47,932 nucleotides of DNA from a virus (taxonomy: Duplodnaviria > Heunggongvirae > Uroviricota > Caudoviricetes): IMG/VR virus record IMGVR_UViG_2737471844_000006. The stretch is one strand, 5' to 3'. Positions within the stretch are counted from its first letter, which is position 1; every line of letters starts with the position of its first letter. The notes beneath the pieces are model-generated. The model was not told the DNA's origin, made no database searches, and worked only from the letters and a program-made list of their open reading frames with translations. A program made the translations under genes and the position numbers. Of the stretch, positions 9,780 to 19,260 are shown piece by piece.

Positions 9780-10904
9780 ATGGTTAAGGCTAAAAATATG
9801 CCAAATCCCATGCCAAAAACTAAGGCAAACAATGAGCCTTATCGCAAGGTAAAAATAACGATATGGGATGATCCCAAATTTAGGGCGTTATCTCCTCTGC
9901 CTCCAAGTGGACAGAGTTTGTTTATTTATCTGCTGACCAGTCCATTTACCGGGATTATTCCTGGGTTGTTTAAAGCCGGGCGGGCAGCAATGGCTGAAGA
10001 GTTGGGGTGGGATATCGAAGCCTTTGACTTAGCCTTAGGCGAAGCCATGAATCTTGGCATGGTGAAAGCAGATATCAAAGCCAGAGTTTTTTGGCTCCCG
10101 AATGCTGCGAAACACAATCCGCCAAACTCGATAAATGTCATTAAATCCTGGGCAAAGGCATTCGCTTTAATTCCTGATTGTCCTCTCAAATGGGAGGCCA
10201 GGGAATCGCTGAGAGCCGCGTCCTATGGGGTTTCTGAGGCTTTGGGGATGGCATTCGATAAGGCAATCCCTTTGCCTGAGGATAAGCCTAAGGATAAGGC
10301 TAACGCTTTGTCATGCGGTATCCAGATAACAGATAACAGATATATAAACCCCACACATAACGCGCGCGTGCGCGAGAGTGCTCCGGCCAGTGAGGCAAAT
10401 GGCGTGCCGTTGCAGACAGCGGAACCTGATTACCTGGAAGGCCTGAACGAACCCATCGGGAAATTTCCGATGACTGATGGCTGGCATCCGTCGCTGGATT
10501 TTCGACGGCGGGCAGCTCTGTGGGGAGTGGCTCTGCCGGAGCCGGAATTTACACCAGCTGAACTTGCCGCCTTCCGGGACTACTGGGCAGCGGAGGGGAA
10601 AGTTTTCACGCAGGTTCAGTGGGAGCAGAAATTCGCCCGTCACGTAAATCACGTCAGGGCGCAGGTTAAACCAGTCAGCAAGGGGGTGAACCATGCAGCA
10701 GCACCAGGTGGCACCGCATCACGGGCAGTTCAGGAAATTCGGGCAGCACGTGAGCAGTGGGAACGTGAAAACGGATTTATCAGCGACGGAAACGGCCTGG
10801 AAGTTGTGGGAACTCATGGGGGAGGTTTATTCGAACCGCTGGACCCAGAAGAACGGGGCCGCACCTTCGAAGCTCTGGATTGCACAGATTGGTGCGATGA
10901 CTGA
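9780..10904 (+). CDS. Replication initiation protein, O-like with DnaT-like C-terminal region
   Basis: ORF preceding the P-like gene; start chosen at ATG 9780 (GAGG upstream); C-terminal segment resembles DnaT-type domain; assignment is tentative. Confidence 0.55.
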   Translation: MVKAKNMPNPMPKTKANNEPYRKVKITIWDDPKFRALSPLPPSGQSLFIYLLTSPFTGIIPGLFKAGRAAMAEELGWDIEAFDLALGEAMNLGMVKADIKARVFWLPNAAKHNPPNSINVIKSWAKAFALIPDCPLKWEARESLRAASYGVSEALGMAFDKAIPLPEDKPKDKANALSCGIQITDNRYINPTHNARVRESAPASEANGVPLQTAEPDYLEGLNEPIGKFPMTDGWHPSLDFRRRAALWGVALPEPEFTPAELAAFRDYWAAEGKVFTQVQWEQKFARHVNHVRAQVKPVSKGVNHAAAPGGTASRAVQEIRAAREQWERENGFISDGNGLEVVGTHGGGLFEPLDPEERGRTFEALDCTDWCDD

Positions 10905-11358
10905 GCAGCAAATCCGACAGGTCTGCCGCCAGTGCATGGACCGCTGCCGGACGGGTGAAACATGGCCTCCGGACCTGGCTGAGTTTGTGGCGCTGATTTC
11001 GGAAAGCGGGGCCAATCCATTCGGTCTGACGGTGGATGCTGTGATGGAGGAGTACCGACGCTGGCGCAACGAGTCCTGGCGATACGACGGAAGCGATAAA
11101 TACCCGTGGTCTCAGCCTGTGCTGTATCACATTTGCCTCGAGATGCGTTCAAAGGGGATTGAGCGCCAGATGACCGAAGGGGAGTTAAAACGACTTGCAG
11201 AACGGCAACTGGCGAAATGGGCAAAGCATGTTGGTGACGGCTTCAGCGTTCCGCCCGTACGGCGGCAACTGGCAGCACCAGAACGCCCGTCGGGGCCAAC
11301 ACCAATTGAGTTGCTGAAACAGGAATATGAACGCCGGAAAGCGGCTGGTTTTGTTTGA
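10693..11358 (+). CDS. Replication protein P-like (helicase loader)
   Basis: C-terminal two-thirds aligns by eye with lambda P ([10 protein letters not shown].., [16 protein letters not shown].., [14 protein letters not shown]..); true start uncertain (10693, 10816 or 10897). Confidence 0.6.
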   Translation: MQQHQVAPHHGQFRKFGQHVSSGNVKTDLSATETAWKLWELMGEVYSNRWTQKNGAAPSKLWIAQIGAMTEQQIRQVCRQCMDRCRTGETWPPDLAEFVALISESGANPFGLTVDAVMEEYRRWRNESWRYDGSDKYPWSQPVLYHICLEMRSKGIERQMTEGELKRLAERQLAKWAKHVGDGFSVPPVRRQLAAPERPSGPTPIELLKQEYERRKAAGFV

Positions 11359-11391
11359 GTTGATAAGTAATTTTACCGGGAGCAAATTTTA

Positions 11392-12153
11392 ATGGAGACT
11401 GTTTTTGACGCACTGAAAGCAATGGGAAAAGCCACGTCGGTAGAACTCGCTGCGCGACTTGATATCAGTCGTGAAGAGGTACTGAACGAGCTGTGGGAAC
11501 TGAAAAAGGCTGGTTTCGTTGATAAAAGCGTATACACCTGGCGTGTGGCTGATAACAACGTTCAGCAGGAACAGCCAGAGCAGGCAGAACTGCCGGAAGA
11601 AACCACCACAGCAACAGTAGCGAAAATCTCAGAGTGCGATTTAACCGCGACGATTGAACAACGCGGACCACAAACGGCTGATGAGCTGGCTACATTGTTT
11701 GGTACCACATCACGCAAAGTGGCTTCAACGCTGGCAATGGCAATCAGCAAAGGTCGTCTGATTCGCGTAAATCAGGGCGGTAAATTTCGTTACTGCATAC
11801 CGGGCGATAATTTACCAGCAGAGCCGAAAGCAGCATCGGTAGCGGAAACTGATGGTAAGGCTTTTCCTCAGCCCGCAGGTGTTGCGTTACCAGTACAGGA
11901 GGCTGCAACACAGGAAGAAATTAAAACAGATACTGTAGCGGACATTGTGCAGTCGTTGCCATCGTTTACCGAAACGCGGGCGGATGATTTGATTTTGCCA
12001 TCGCTGCATCTGGCAAACCGCAAACTGCGTCGGGCGAAAAATCATGTCCAGAAGTGGGAGCGTGTCTGCGCCGCGCTGCGGGAGCTGAACAAGCACCGGG
12101 ATATTGTTCGTCAGATTGTCGATTCCTCCAGTCGTATTGTGTCGGAAAAGTGA
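11392..12153 (+). CDS. Hypothetical phage protein with N-terminal winged-helix-like region
   Basis: 253-aa ORF; N-terminus [28 protein letters not shown] suggests wHTH. Confidence 0.55.
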   Translation: METVFDALKAMGKATSVELAARLDISREEVLNELWELKKAGFVDKSVYTWRVADNNVQQEQPEQAELPEETTTATVAKISECDLTATIEQRGPQTADELATLFGTTSRKVASTLAMAISKGRLIRVNQGGKFRYCIPGDNLPAEPKAASVAETDGKAFPQPAGVALPVQEAATQEEIKTDTVADIVQSLPSFTETRADDLILPSLHLANRKLRRAKNHVQKWERVCAALRELNKHRDIVRQIVDSSSRIVSEK

Positions 12154-12168
12154 TTGCCGGAGGCGCTT

Positions 12169-12600
12169 ATGGCAAAAGTATTTACACAAGAAGAGCGGGA
12201 AAAAATTAAGGGGAAGGTTGTTGAACTTGTACGTCTGAGCGGTCGCGAGACGTTACGGGCTCTGGAGGCTAAAACCGGTGCATCAAGGTATTACATAAGC
12301 ACTCTTGCCAGAGAACTGGTCGCCAGTGGTGATGTTTACAATTCTGGCTACGGATTATTCCCGTCTGAGCAGGCGCGTAAAGACTGGCAAAACGCCCGCA
12401 AAAAACTATCAAGGGCAAAGATGAAGAAACCGGTTGTGGTTGATCCTGACCTTATCTGGTCATTACCAGACGGAGAAATACGCCGCTACGACAGGCGTCA
12501 GAACATAATCTGTCGCGAGTGCCGGAAAAGCGAAGTTATGCAGCGTGTACTGGCATTTTACCAGAGTAATTTCAGGAGGTTGTCTGGTGAGCACGATTAA
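12169..12600 (+). CDS. Hypothetical protein
   Basis: ORF with GGAGG 5 nt before ATG 12169; basic, HTH-like segments. Confidence 0.5.
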   Translation: MAKVFTQEEREKIKGKVVELVRLSGRETLRALEAKTGASRYYISTLARELVASGDVYNSGYGLFPSEQARKDWQNARKKLSRAKMKKPVVVDPDLIWSLPDGEIRRYDRRQNIICRECRKSEVMQRVLAFYQSNFRRLSGEHD

Positions 12601-12620
12601 CTACTAGGGGGATAACAATA

Positions 12621-12648
12621 AAATAAAGCCTCCTAGGAGGCTTTGATT
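12621..12648. terminator. Bidirectional rho-independent terminator
   Basis: Perfect palindrome AAAGCCTCCTAGGAGGCTTT between convergent genes, T/A-rich on both sides; overlaps the MTase stop. Confidence 0.6.
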
Positions 12649-13673
12649 ATATTAAGCAAATGTTTTCCAATCGTTTCAGACATCTTCGGAGGGACCGCAT
12701 TTCCTATTTGACGAGCCCGAGATTGCAAAGAACCAATAAATTTATAATCCAAAGGAAATGTTTGTAGACACGCTGCTTCACGAACCGATATTGCTCGATT
12801 TTGTGTTGGATGTCCAAAACGTCCATTTGAATAGCTAATACAACGAGTTGTTAGTCCGCTGGCTGGTTTGTCCCAACTCAAACGTCCATATACGTCTGTA
12901 TGCCCTTTATGGTTACGATGGCATTCTAAAATCAATTCATCTGGCCAAAATTCTCGACTTCCACCTTCAGGAGTGCATTTTATTCTACGCAAATTAAGCT
13001 CTGATAAGCGTGCAGCTTCATGATCAGGAATACTATTATGCTTTTCTCCTGCTTCTATCTTCGGTAAATTAGCGATCCAGTCCTTTACTGTTGAATAGGG
13101 AGTATTTCCAACCCCATGTGTAGGAGAAGGCAATGCGACATAAAAATCCTTGGATGCAATGAGCACTAATCTTTCTCGCGTCTGTGGTACACCGTACCAC
13201 GCAGCTGGCATTACTTTATAATCTACACTATATCCCTTTGATGAAAGCATTTCTAAAAACATCATGAATGTTCCTTCATTTTTGTTAAACTTTTGCATTC
13301 CTGGCACGTTTTCAACAAAAATAAAATCAGGCATATAATGCTCTACAAAACGACTGAATTCCTTTAATAGATCTAATCGTGGATCATCATTTTTTTTATT
13401 TGAGTTTTGCTTAGAGTATGGTTGACAAGGCGCACATCCTGAAAAAAGAATGTAATCATTACGATGTTTTTTTACTAACTTGTTTATGGCATTGTTGTCG
13501 ATTAACCTAATGTCCGAGTTAATAAAAGCAGCCTGCGGGAAATTTGCACGAAATGAACTGGCTGCATCAACGTCGAAATCGAGGCCAAAAACAATATCCA
13601 TTCCAGCTTGATGGAAACCTTGGCTGGTTCCACCACAACCGGAAAAGAAGTCAAACACTTTGATTTTTTTCAT
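12633..13673 (-). CDS. DNA (cytosine-5)-methyltransferase
   Basis: C5-MTase motifs in order: FSGCGG (I), PCQ (IV), ENV (VI), QTRER (VIII), GNAVPP (X); start at ATG 13673 with GAGGG SD; low GC. Confidence 0.9.
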   Translation of the reverse strand: MKKIKVFDFFSGCGGTSQGFHQAGMDIVFGLDFDVDAASSFRANFPQAAFINSDIRLIDNNAINKLVKKHRNDYILFSGCAPCQPYSKQNSNKKNDDPRLDLLKEFSRFVEHYMPDFIFVENVPGMQKFNKNEGTFMMFLEMLSSKGYSVDYKVMPAAWYGVPQTRERLVLIASKDFYVALPSPTHGVGNTPYSTVKDWIANLPKIEAGEKHNSIPDHEAARLSELNLRRIKCTPEGGSREFWPDELILECHRNHKGHTDVYGRLSWDKPASGLTTRCISYSNGRFGHPTQNRAISVREAACLQTFPLDYKFIGSLQSRARQIGNAVPPKMSETIGKHLLNIIKAS

Positions 13674-13696
13674 TTTTCCCTCTGCATCCAGAATCA

Positions 13697-15526
13697 CTAC
13701 CTAATGATACCACGGTCAAGAGCCTGAGTAATTATTTTTCTTATTTTTATAAATTCAGGTAATTCATTTTTAAGTCTTGCGGTCATTATTTTTTGGATGC
13801 AAAAAATCTCCTCTGCATTTACTTCTTCTTTATCATACAGGTGTTGCGCTAATAATCTTATTTGATTCTTATACAGTTCTGGATCATTAGAACTCCAGGT
13901 CTGTGAATCAATTATTTCTTTTTCACTTGGCGTAATTGCCTTTTCAATGAGTAATTGTTCGGGAGTATCAAATGGTAAATACTGCACTTTATTGAATGCA
14001 TACTCAAGCACTTGCCTTTTGAGTCTATTAGATTCTTGTTCATTTTTTTTGCCATTACTACCACTGGCATTGATAATTAACTCGCAACCATAATATTTGC
14101 ACATTGTATTAACTAAATCAGCATCAGCAATTTCACTAATTCTTACTGGTTTTATTTTTTTGTTTTTATCACCATCAAGTAAAAACAAAATATCATTGCG
14201 TTCTACCACAGCGTAACTGGGAAGATGCTTGCTTAAAATGGTCTCCGAACCACCTGGTATATAACTTACACTAAATGATAAGCTTAATCTTTCATCATTT
14301 TTAATCGCTTTATCTATAATTGCTTTAGCTAATTTATCTTCTACAATTATTGTTTTCTTGTTAATATCATGTCCTAGCTCTATAAAAGCTTCATCCGGTG
14401 CTATATTTTGAACTATTTTAGCTGTTTCATTCTCTTCATCAAAAACAAATAATTTAATGGCATCTTTGGGAAGAGTGTTCACAATAACAGGAGAATGGGT
14501 TGATATTACCACTTGATGTTTTTTCTGCTCAACAATAGAGTACAGAACATCCATCATCCTTTTCTGTGCACCAGGGTGAAGTGAAACTTCTGGTTCGTCA
14601 AGAAGAATTAATGAATTAGGTTTGGCCGAATAAATATTGAGTATTAGTGAAACTATTGCAAATTCACCACTTCCAGCAAAAGCTTCTGTATAGTTCAACT
14701 TATCAGTTGAAAGTAAAGCGGTTCCTCCTCTGGTTCCAAATAACCGATGCTCAAGAAATTTAATGACTTTATATTTTTTCCCTAATATAAATGAGACGTG
14801 CTCAACTAGTTCTGGCGCCAAGGTTATATTTTTAACAATGGTTTCCGCCCCCCAAAGTCTTAAATTACTTAGCTTTTCATCAAAAGCTTTCTTTATATAT
14901 TTAGATTTGCTTCTGATATAGTCTTGCTTTGTAATTAATACACCACTCTTCTTCTTTCTTAATTTAAAATCAGAGTGATACATACATCTATCAAATGCAC
15001 TTATTTCCGATCTGAAATCTAGGAAAACCAATCCCTTCTTGATTTTTTTCCATCTGGTTGCATTACTATTAGCACCCAGATCATCCGAAATACTCTCCAT
15101 GTTATCACCAACAGATGGTCGACTTGTTTCCCAATAATCGATTGTTTTCTTGGTAGCATTGATACGCGCTTGGAGTATTTCAACTAAACGGCCATCAGCA
15201 TTTTTATATCCATATATATATCTAGGTTTAAGAGAACTGCCATCAGCAAGTTTTAGGTCAGGAAACTCATCTGTTTCAGTTGTGAACCAATAACGAGTTA
15301 TATTTTTACCATGTGGGCAACCAAATAGCGCTTTGATAACAGAACTTTTATTAGTTCCATTTTTTCCTACTAAAGCCGTTATAGGGAACTGAAAATCGAT
15401 CCTTGCATTCTGCTCTATATTTTTAAAGTATGGAAAACGGATATGTTGTATGAATGGTTCAAATTCACCGTTTTTTAACGCGCACTGGAGTGTTCGAATT
15501 ATGCTCTTGTATGCGGAAGTGCTCAT
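13697..15526 (-). CDS. OLD-family-like ABC ATPase with putative C-terminal TOPRIM nuclease region
   Basis: 609 aa; deviant Walker A LVGKNGTNKSS, Walker B LILLDEPEVSLHP, H-loop ISTHSP, then TIIVEDK and ILFLLDGD resembling TOPRIM Glu and DxD; low GC; MTase ATG follows 24 nt after its stop. Confidence 0.8.
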   Translation of the reverse strand: MSTSAYKSIIRTLQCALKNGEFEPFIQHIRFPYFKNIEQNARIDFQFPITALVGKNGTNKSSVIKALFGCPHGKNITRYWFTTETDEFPDLKLADGSSLKPRYIYGYKNADGRLVEILQARINATKKTIDYWETSRPSVGDNMESISDDLGANSNATRWKKIKKGLVFLDFRSEISAFDRCMYHSDFKLRKKKSGVLITKQDYIRSKSKYIKKAFDEKLSNLRLWGAETIVKNITLAPELVEHVSFILGKKYKVIKFLEHRLFGTRGGTALLSTDKLNYTEAFAGSGEFAIVSLILNIYSAKPNSLILLDEPEVSLHPGAQKRMMDVLYSIVEQKKHQVVISTHSPVIVNTLPKDAIKLFVFDEENETAKIVQNIAPDEAFIELGHDINKKTIIVEDKLAKAIIDKAIKNDERLSLSFSVSYIPGGSETILSKHLPSYAVVERNDILFLLDGDKNKKIKPVRISEIADADLVNTMCKYYGCELIINASGSNGKKNEQESNRLKRQVLEYAFNKVQYLPFDTPEQLLIEKAITPSEKEIIDSQTWSSNDPELYKNQIRLLAQHLYDKEEVNAEEIFCIQKIMTARLKNELPEFIKIRKIITQALDRGIIR

Positions 15527-15539
15527 TGTTTACTAAAGT

Positions 15540-15671
15540 CCATAATAGGCTAACAGGTTGAGGATGACATGATAGCGATTTTTAATGCAGATAAAAGAGG
15601 TTTGTTGGTTACCACACAACAGAAAAAGTGACCTTACCGCTTGAACGAAAGGTAAGGGTAAGTAGGCTGTG
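15540..15671 (+). promoter_or_regulatory. hok leader / presumed sok antisense region
   Basis: Inferred from hok-family architecture; individual elements not resolved; no obvious overlapping mok ORF. Confidence 0.3.
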
Positions 15672-15824
15672 ATGCAGCAAAAGACGATGTTAATCGCCCT
15701 GATTGTCATCTGTATTACCTTCGTTGTGATGGCACTGGTAACAAGGAAAGACTTCTGCGAGGTACAAATCCGAACCGGTCAGACGGAGGTCGCTGTCTTC
15801 ACAGCTTACGAACCTGAGGAGTGA
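15672..15824 (+). CDS. hok: Hok/Gef-family type I toxin
   Basis: 50-aa ORF not in track: MQQKTMLIALIVICITFVVMALVTRKDFCEVQIRTGQTEVAVFTAYEPEE, near-identical in pattern to HokD/RelF as recalled. Confidence 0.85.
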   Translation: MQQKTMLIALIVICITFVVMALVTRKDFCEVQIRTGQTEVAVFTAYEPEE

Positions 15825-15831
15825 GAGACCA

Positions 15832-15853
15832 GGCGAGGGAGAAATCCCTCGCC
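15832..15853 (+). other. Stable stem-loop after hok (GGCGAGGGA-GAAA-TCCCTCGCC)
   Basis: 9-bp perfect stem with GAAA tetraloop directly 3' of hok stop. Confidence 0.5.
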
Positions 15854-16290
15854 ACCTCTGATGAGTCAGGCATCCTCAACGCACCCGCACTTAACCAGCT
15901 TTGGCGGGTATATTTTATCTGTGAATATTTTTATAAAAATAATGCCCACGCACAGCATAAAACAAAAAGTATTACAGATAAAAAAGGAACGTAATGTGCA
16001 GATTTGTTGTTTTCCATATTTACTCACCTTAATATTATTAATCCTGATAGGGTTGTTATTTCAGCGGTTTTCAAATGAGATATTATGGTGATCTGGCAGA
16101 TTTGCATAACATTAAAATTTAATTTGTTTAACCGCTTTTAATAATAAGCGTTGTTTTTATCCCAGCAATCTGTTGTTTGGTTTTTATTCCATCAATGTGG
16201 GGGCTTTACACTGGAATCAGTTTATTTATACTTTATACGTCAGCCTGAACAACTGGCATCTGCTGCACTGCGCCATCGAGAGATTGAGAA

Positions 16291-16890
16291 ATGGCGCATA
16301 TACAACTGGTCAAACAAACCTCTTCTGGTTTACTTCTCCCGGCGACGCCGGAGAGTTGCGATTTTCTGCATCAAATCAAAATAGGTGAGTGGATACACGC
16401 AGACTTTAAGCGTGTGCGTAACTACGCATTCCACAAGCGTTTTTTCAAACTCCTGCAACTGGGATTCGATTACTGGACTCCGGTCGGTGGGGCGATCACG
16501 CCTCGCGAACGAGAACTGCTGTCTGGTTTCGTGGATTACCTGTGCGAATCAGTTGGTCGGGAACACACGCCAGCCCTGATTGATGCCGCGGAACAATATC
16601 TGAATACCGTTGCGACACGCAGAACCCAGGATATGGCATTGCTCAAATCATTTGACGCTTTCCGCGAGTGGGTAACCATTCAGGCCGGATTTTACACCGA
16701 GCATTTTTATCCTGATGGTAGTCGTGGGCGTCGGGCGAAATCCATCGCGTTTGCGAATATGGACGAAACCGAGTTTCAGCAGGTTTATAAATCTGTACTG
16801 AATGTGCTGTGGAACTGGATTCTGTTCCGTAAATTTTCCTCTCCGGAACAAGTCGAAAATGTGGCCGCGCAGCTACTGGAGTTTGCGTAA
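16291..16890 (+). CDS. nin-region phage protein (possibly NinB/Orf-like)
   Basis: 199-aa ORF heading a coupled operon before the Q gene; weak pattern similarity to lambda NinB only. Confidence 0.5.
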   Translation: MAHIQLVKQTSSGLLLPATPESCDFLHQIKIGEWIHADFKRVRNYAFHKRFFKLLQLGFDYWTPVGGAITPRERELLSGFVDYLCESVGREHTPALIDAAEQYLNTVATRRTQDMALLKSFDAFREWVTIQAGFYTEHFYPDGSRGRRAKSIAFANMDETEFQQVYKSVLNVLWNWILFRKFSSPEQVENVAAQLLEFA

Positions 16891-17180
16891 TGGTGGATTT
16901 ACGTAAAGCGGCGCGGGGCCAGATGTGCCAGGTCAGAATCCCTGGCTACTGCAATCACAATCCCGAAACTTCTGTGCTGGCGCATTACAGGTTGGCGGGA
17001 ACGTGCGGAACGGCGATAAAGCCACACGATATGCAGGCAGCGATTGCCTGTAGCTCGTGCCACGATTTAATCGACGGGCGGGTAAAAACAAGCGATTACA
17101 CCAAAGAAGAATTACGCCTGATGCATGCAGAAGGTGTTTTTCGCACGCAAGAAATCTGGAGAAAGGAAGGTTATTTATGA
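16890..17180 (+). CDS. Cys-rich nin-region protein (YbcO/DUF1364-like)
   Basis: 96-aa ORF with conserved Cys/His (CQVRIPGYCNH...CSSCHD); ATG overlaps upstream stop. Confidence 0.6.
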   Translation: MVDLRKAARGQMCQVRIPGYCNHNPETSVLAHYRLAGTCGTAIKPHDMQAAIACSSCHDLIDGRVKTSDYTKEELRLMHAEGVFRTQEIWRKEGYL

Positions 17181-17719
17181 TTTACCCAACAAATACAGGC
17201 AAAAGCGGGGAACACCTTCGTCTCACCACGCTGGAAAGTGTCTGGATTCAGGGAAAACTGCGCATGTGGGGGCGCTGGTCGTATATTGGCGGCGGTAAGA
17301 CGGGGAATATGTTCAACCAGTTGTTGGCCTCTAAAAAGCTGACAAAAACGGCAATTAACGAGGCGCTCCGGAGGATGAAAAAAGCAGGTCTGAACAAGTC
17401 TGAACTTGAGGCTTTTTTGCGGGATATGATTAACGGTAAGCAAAAGAGCTGTCTGGCGCATTGTACTGATGCAGAGGCGTTATGTATTGATCGGGTCATA
17501 AGTGAGGTGCTGGCAGAGCATCCAGGATTGATTAGCGTCCTTCGTCAACGGTATGAGGGGCGGGGGATGACCAAACGCAAAATGGCTGAATTGCTAAATG
17601 ATGCACACCCAGAGTGGTGTTTTAGCACATGCGAAAAACGGATTGCTAATTGGTTAGCTGTTGCTGAGTATGCCCTATATATTCACATGCGTGAATCATT
17701 TGCTGAGAAAATGGCTTGA
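17177..17719 (+). CDS. Late-gene antitermination protein Q-like
   Basis: 180 aa from ATG 17177 (ATGA overlap); position before a terminator and the lysis cassette; family assignment from memory. Confidence 0.6.
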   Translation: MIYPTNTGKSGEHLRLTTLESVWIQGKLRMWGRWSYIGGGKTGNMFNQLLASKKLTKTAINEALRRMKKAGLNKSELEAFLRDMINGKQKSCLAHCTDAEALCIDRVISEVLAEHPGLISVLRQRYEGRGMTKRKMAELLNDAHPEWCFSTCEKRIANWLAVAEYALYIHMRESFAEKMA

Positions 17720-17802
17720 TTTCTTACGTATAAACTGCTTCAATTTTGCTATGCTTCGCAAAGCTGTATCGCGAGGCGAACCAAGCGCATGAACTTTGAT
17801 AC

Positions 17803-17826
17803 AACCCGCCATTGAGCGGGTTTTTT
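17803..17826 (+). terminator. Rho-independent terminator (tR'-like)
   Basis: AACCCGC-CATTGA-GCGGGTT hairpin followed by TTTTTT, about 85 nt after Q stop. Confidence 0.6.
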
Positions 17827-17948
17827 ATGTCCGAAAAACGGCAGAGAACATAAAACGTGCTGGTGGTTGCTAATACTGGTCTTTCGGCTTGTATTTTTGT
17901 AAATCGATATATACTTATCTTGTGACCAGTAATGTCAGGGCAATTGAT

Positions 17949-18692
17949 ATGAATGAAGCCTGTTCTGTTGTTTTTGTTCATTCCCCGTTTGTTGTGCTCT
18001 TTGAAGGAAAAGAGCTCTCTCTTGAAAGTGGTAGTGCACTTCTTGTCAGGGGGGGAGCTGGATCGTTATTGCCCTTTTCGGAATGTTTTCGGCGAATAAG
18101 TCTCAGTGAATCGACAATTAGCCGTTACCTGTTGTGTGGAGACGAAAAACAGGATGTAGTTTTAGTCCGGCAAATACCACGATATCTTTGCGTGAGTTTT
18201 CCGAAGGCAGAATTGATGGGCATCCTGATTGATTATCTTTGTGAGGAAAAGATTCATACGGACAATTTAGCGGAAATGCTTTCCTTTTCGTGTCTGGCGT
18301 TTTTCTCATCAGAGAAGATGTTTTCGTCGTTTCTGACCGCGTGTATTAGCAATATTAGTGACAGGCTTAGTGCATTGTTTCGTACGGACATTGCAGCAAA
18401 CTGGACTCTGAGAGATGTGTCTTCGCGGTTATGTATCAGTGAAAGTTTGTTAAAAAAAAGACTGAAAGAAGAAGGCACCTGTTTCAGTGAGTTGTTGCTT
18501 ACAGAGAGAATGAGAATGGCAGCAATGCTGTTGAATCAATCTCGTTGCGCCATCAACAGAATCGCTGCTCAGTGCGGCTATAATTTTACATCTTATTTTA
18601 TCAGCGTATTCAGGAGTTATTTTGGTGTTACACCGGCAGGTTACAGGATGGCTGCATTCAATGAGATGAGTTTAAGTGTTACTCAAGAATAA
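17949..18692 (+). CDS. AraC-family transcriptional regulator
   Basis: 247 aa; C-terminal AraC-type double HTH (NWTLRDVSSRLCISESLLKKRL...INRIAAQCGYNFTSYFISVFRSYFGVTP). Confidence 0.8.
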   Translation: MNEACSVVFVHSPFVVLFEGKELSLESGSALLVRGGAGSLLPFSECFRRISLSESTISRYLLCGDEKQDVVLVRQIPRYLCVSFPKAELMGILIDYLCEEKIHTDNLAEMLSFSCLAFFSSEKMFSSFLTACISNISDRLSALFRTDIAANWTLRDVSSRLCISESLLKKRLKEEGTCFSELLLTERMRMAAMLLNQSRCAINRIAAQCGYNFTSYFISVFRSYFGVTPAGYRMAAFNEMSLSVTQE

Positions 18693-18867
18693 TTGAATTT
18701 TGCACTCATTGAAAACAGGCTCGCTGCGGCGGGCCTTTTTCATATCCGCGCCGCGCCCGGCGCACATCACATCAGATAACACCACACAAAAGGCATCTGC
18801 GGGTGCCTTTGACAGGGTGTTTTTACGGGCCGCTGGAGGCCCTTTTTTATTTGTGGGAGGAAAAAGC

Positions 18868-19260
18868 ATGTCTGAACCCTTATCCGGTTCCGGTACGGCT
18901 GTGGCGCTCGGCGGGGCGACGGTATTCGGGCTGTTTACCGGAACGGATTTCGGGATTGTGTTTGGTGCGTTCGCCGGGGCGTTATTTGTGGCAACGATGC
19001 CGCAGGCGCTTTCAGCCTGGCGTGTGGCGGCGCATTTTCTGGTGTCGTTCATTATCGGCGTGCTGGGCGCAGAGGTTCTGGCATCCTGGCTGGTAAAGCA
19101 TACAGGGTTTGACGGTGCGCCTGTCGACGCACTGTGTGCAGTGCTGGTGTCAGTGGTGTCGGTGAAGATTCTCTCGTTCATCCACCAGCAGGATATTGCA
19201 TCACTGGTGTCCGGCCTGTTCTCCCGTCTGCGGGGTGGAGGAGGCGGCAATGTTAAGTAA
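18868..19260 (+). CDS. Holin-like membrane protein
   Basis: 130 aa with Gly-rich transmembrane segments; GGGAGG SD; first gene of lysis cassette. Confidence 0.55.
   Translation: MSEPLSGSGTAVALGGATVFGLFTGTDFGIVFGAFAGALFVATMPQALSAWRVAAHFLVSFIIGVLGAEVLASWLVKHTGFDGAPVDALCAVLVSVVSVKILSFIHQQDIASLVSGLFSRLRGGGGGNVK

Noticed and set aside
10780-11385. Several minus-strand ORFs (66-136 aa), Arg/Pro/Ser-rich
   Set aside because: Antisense to the P-like replication gene; composition typical of GC-rich antisense frames.
15861-16384. ORFs of 71-77 aa in the AT-rich region between hok and the nin operon
   Set aside because: No ribosome-binding sites and implausible composition; the region more likely holds promoter or regulatory sequence. 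No tRNA-like structure found by eye.
18672-19250. 192-aa minus-strand ORF
   Set aside because: Antisense to the holin-like gene, which has a strong SD and membrane-protein character.
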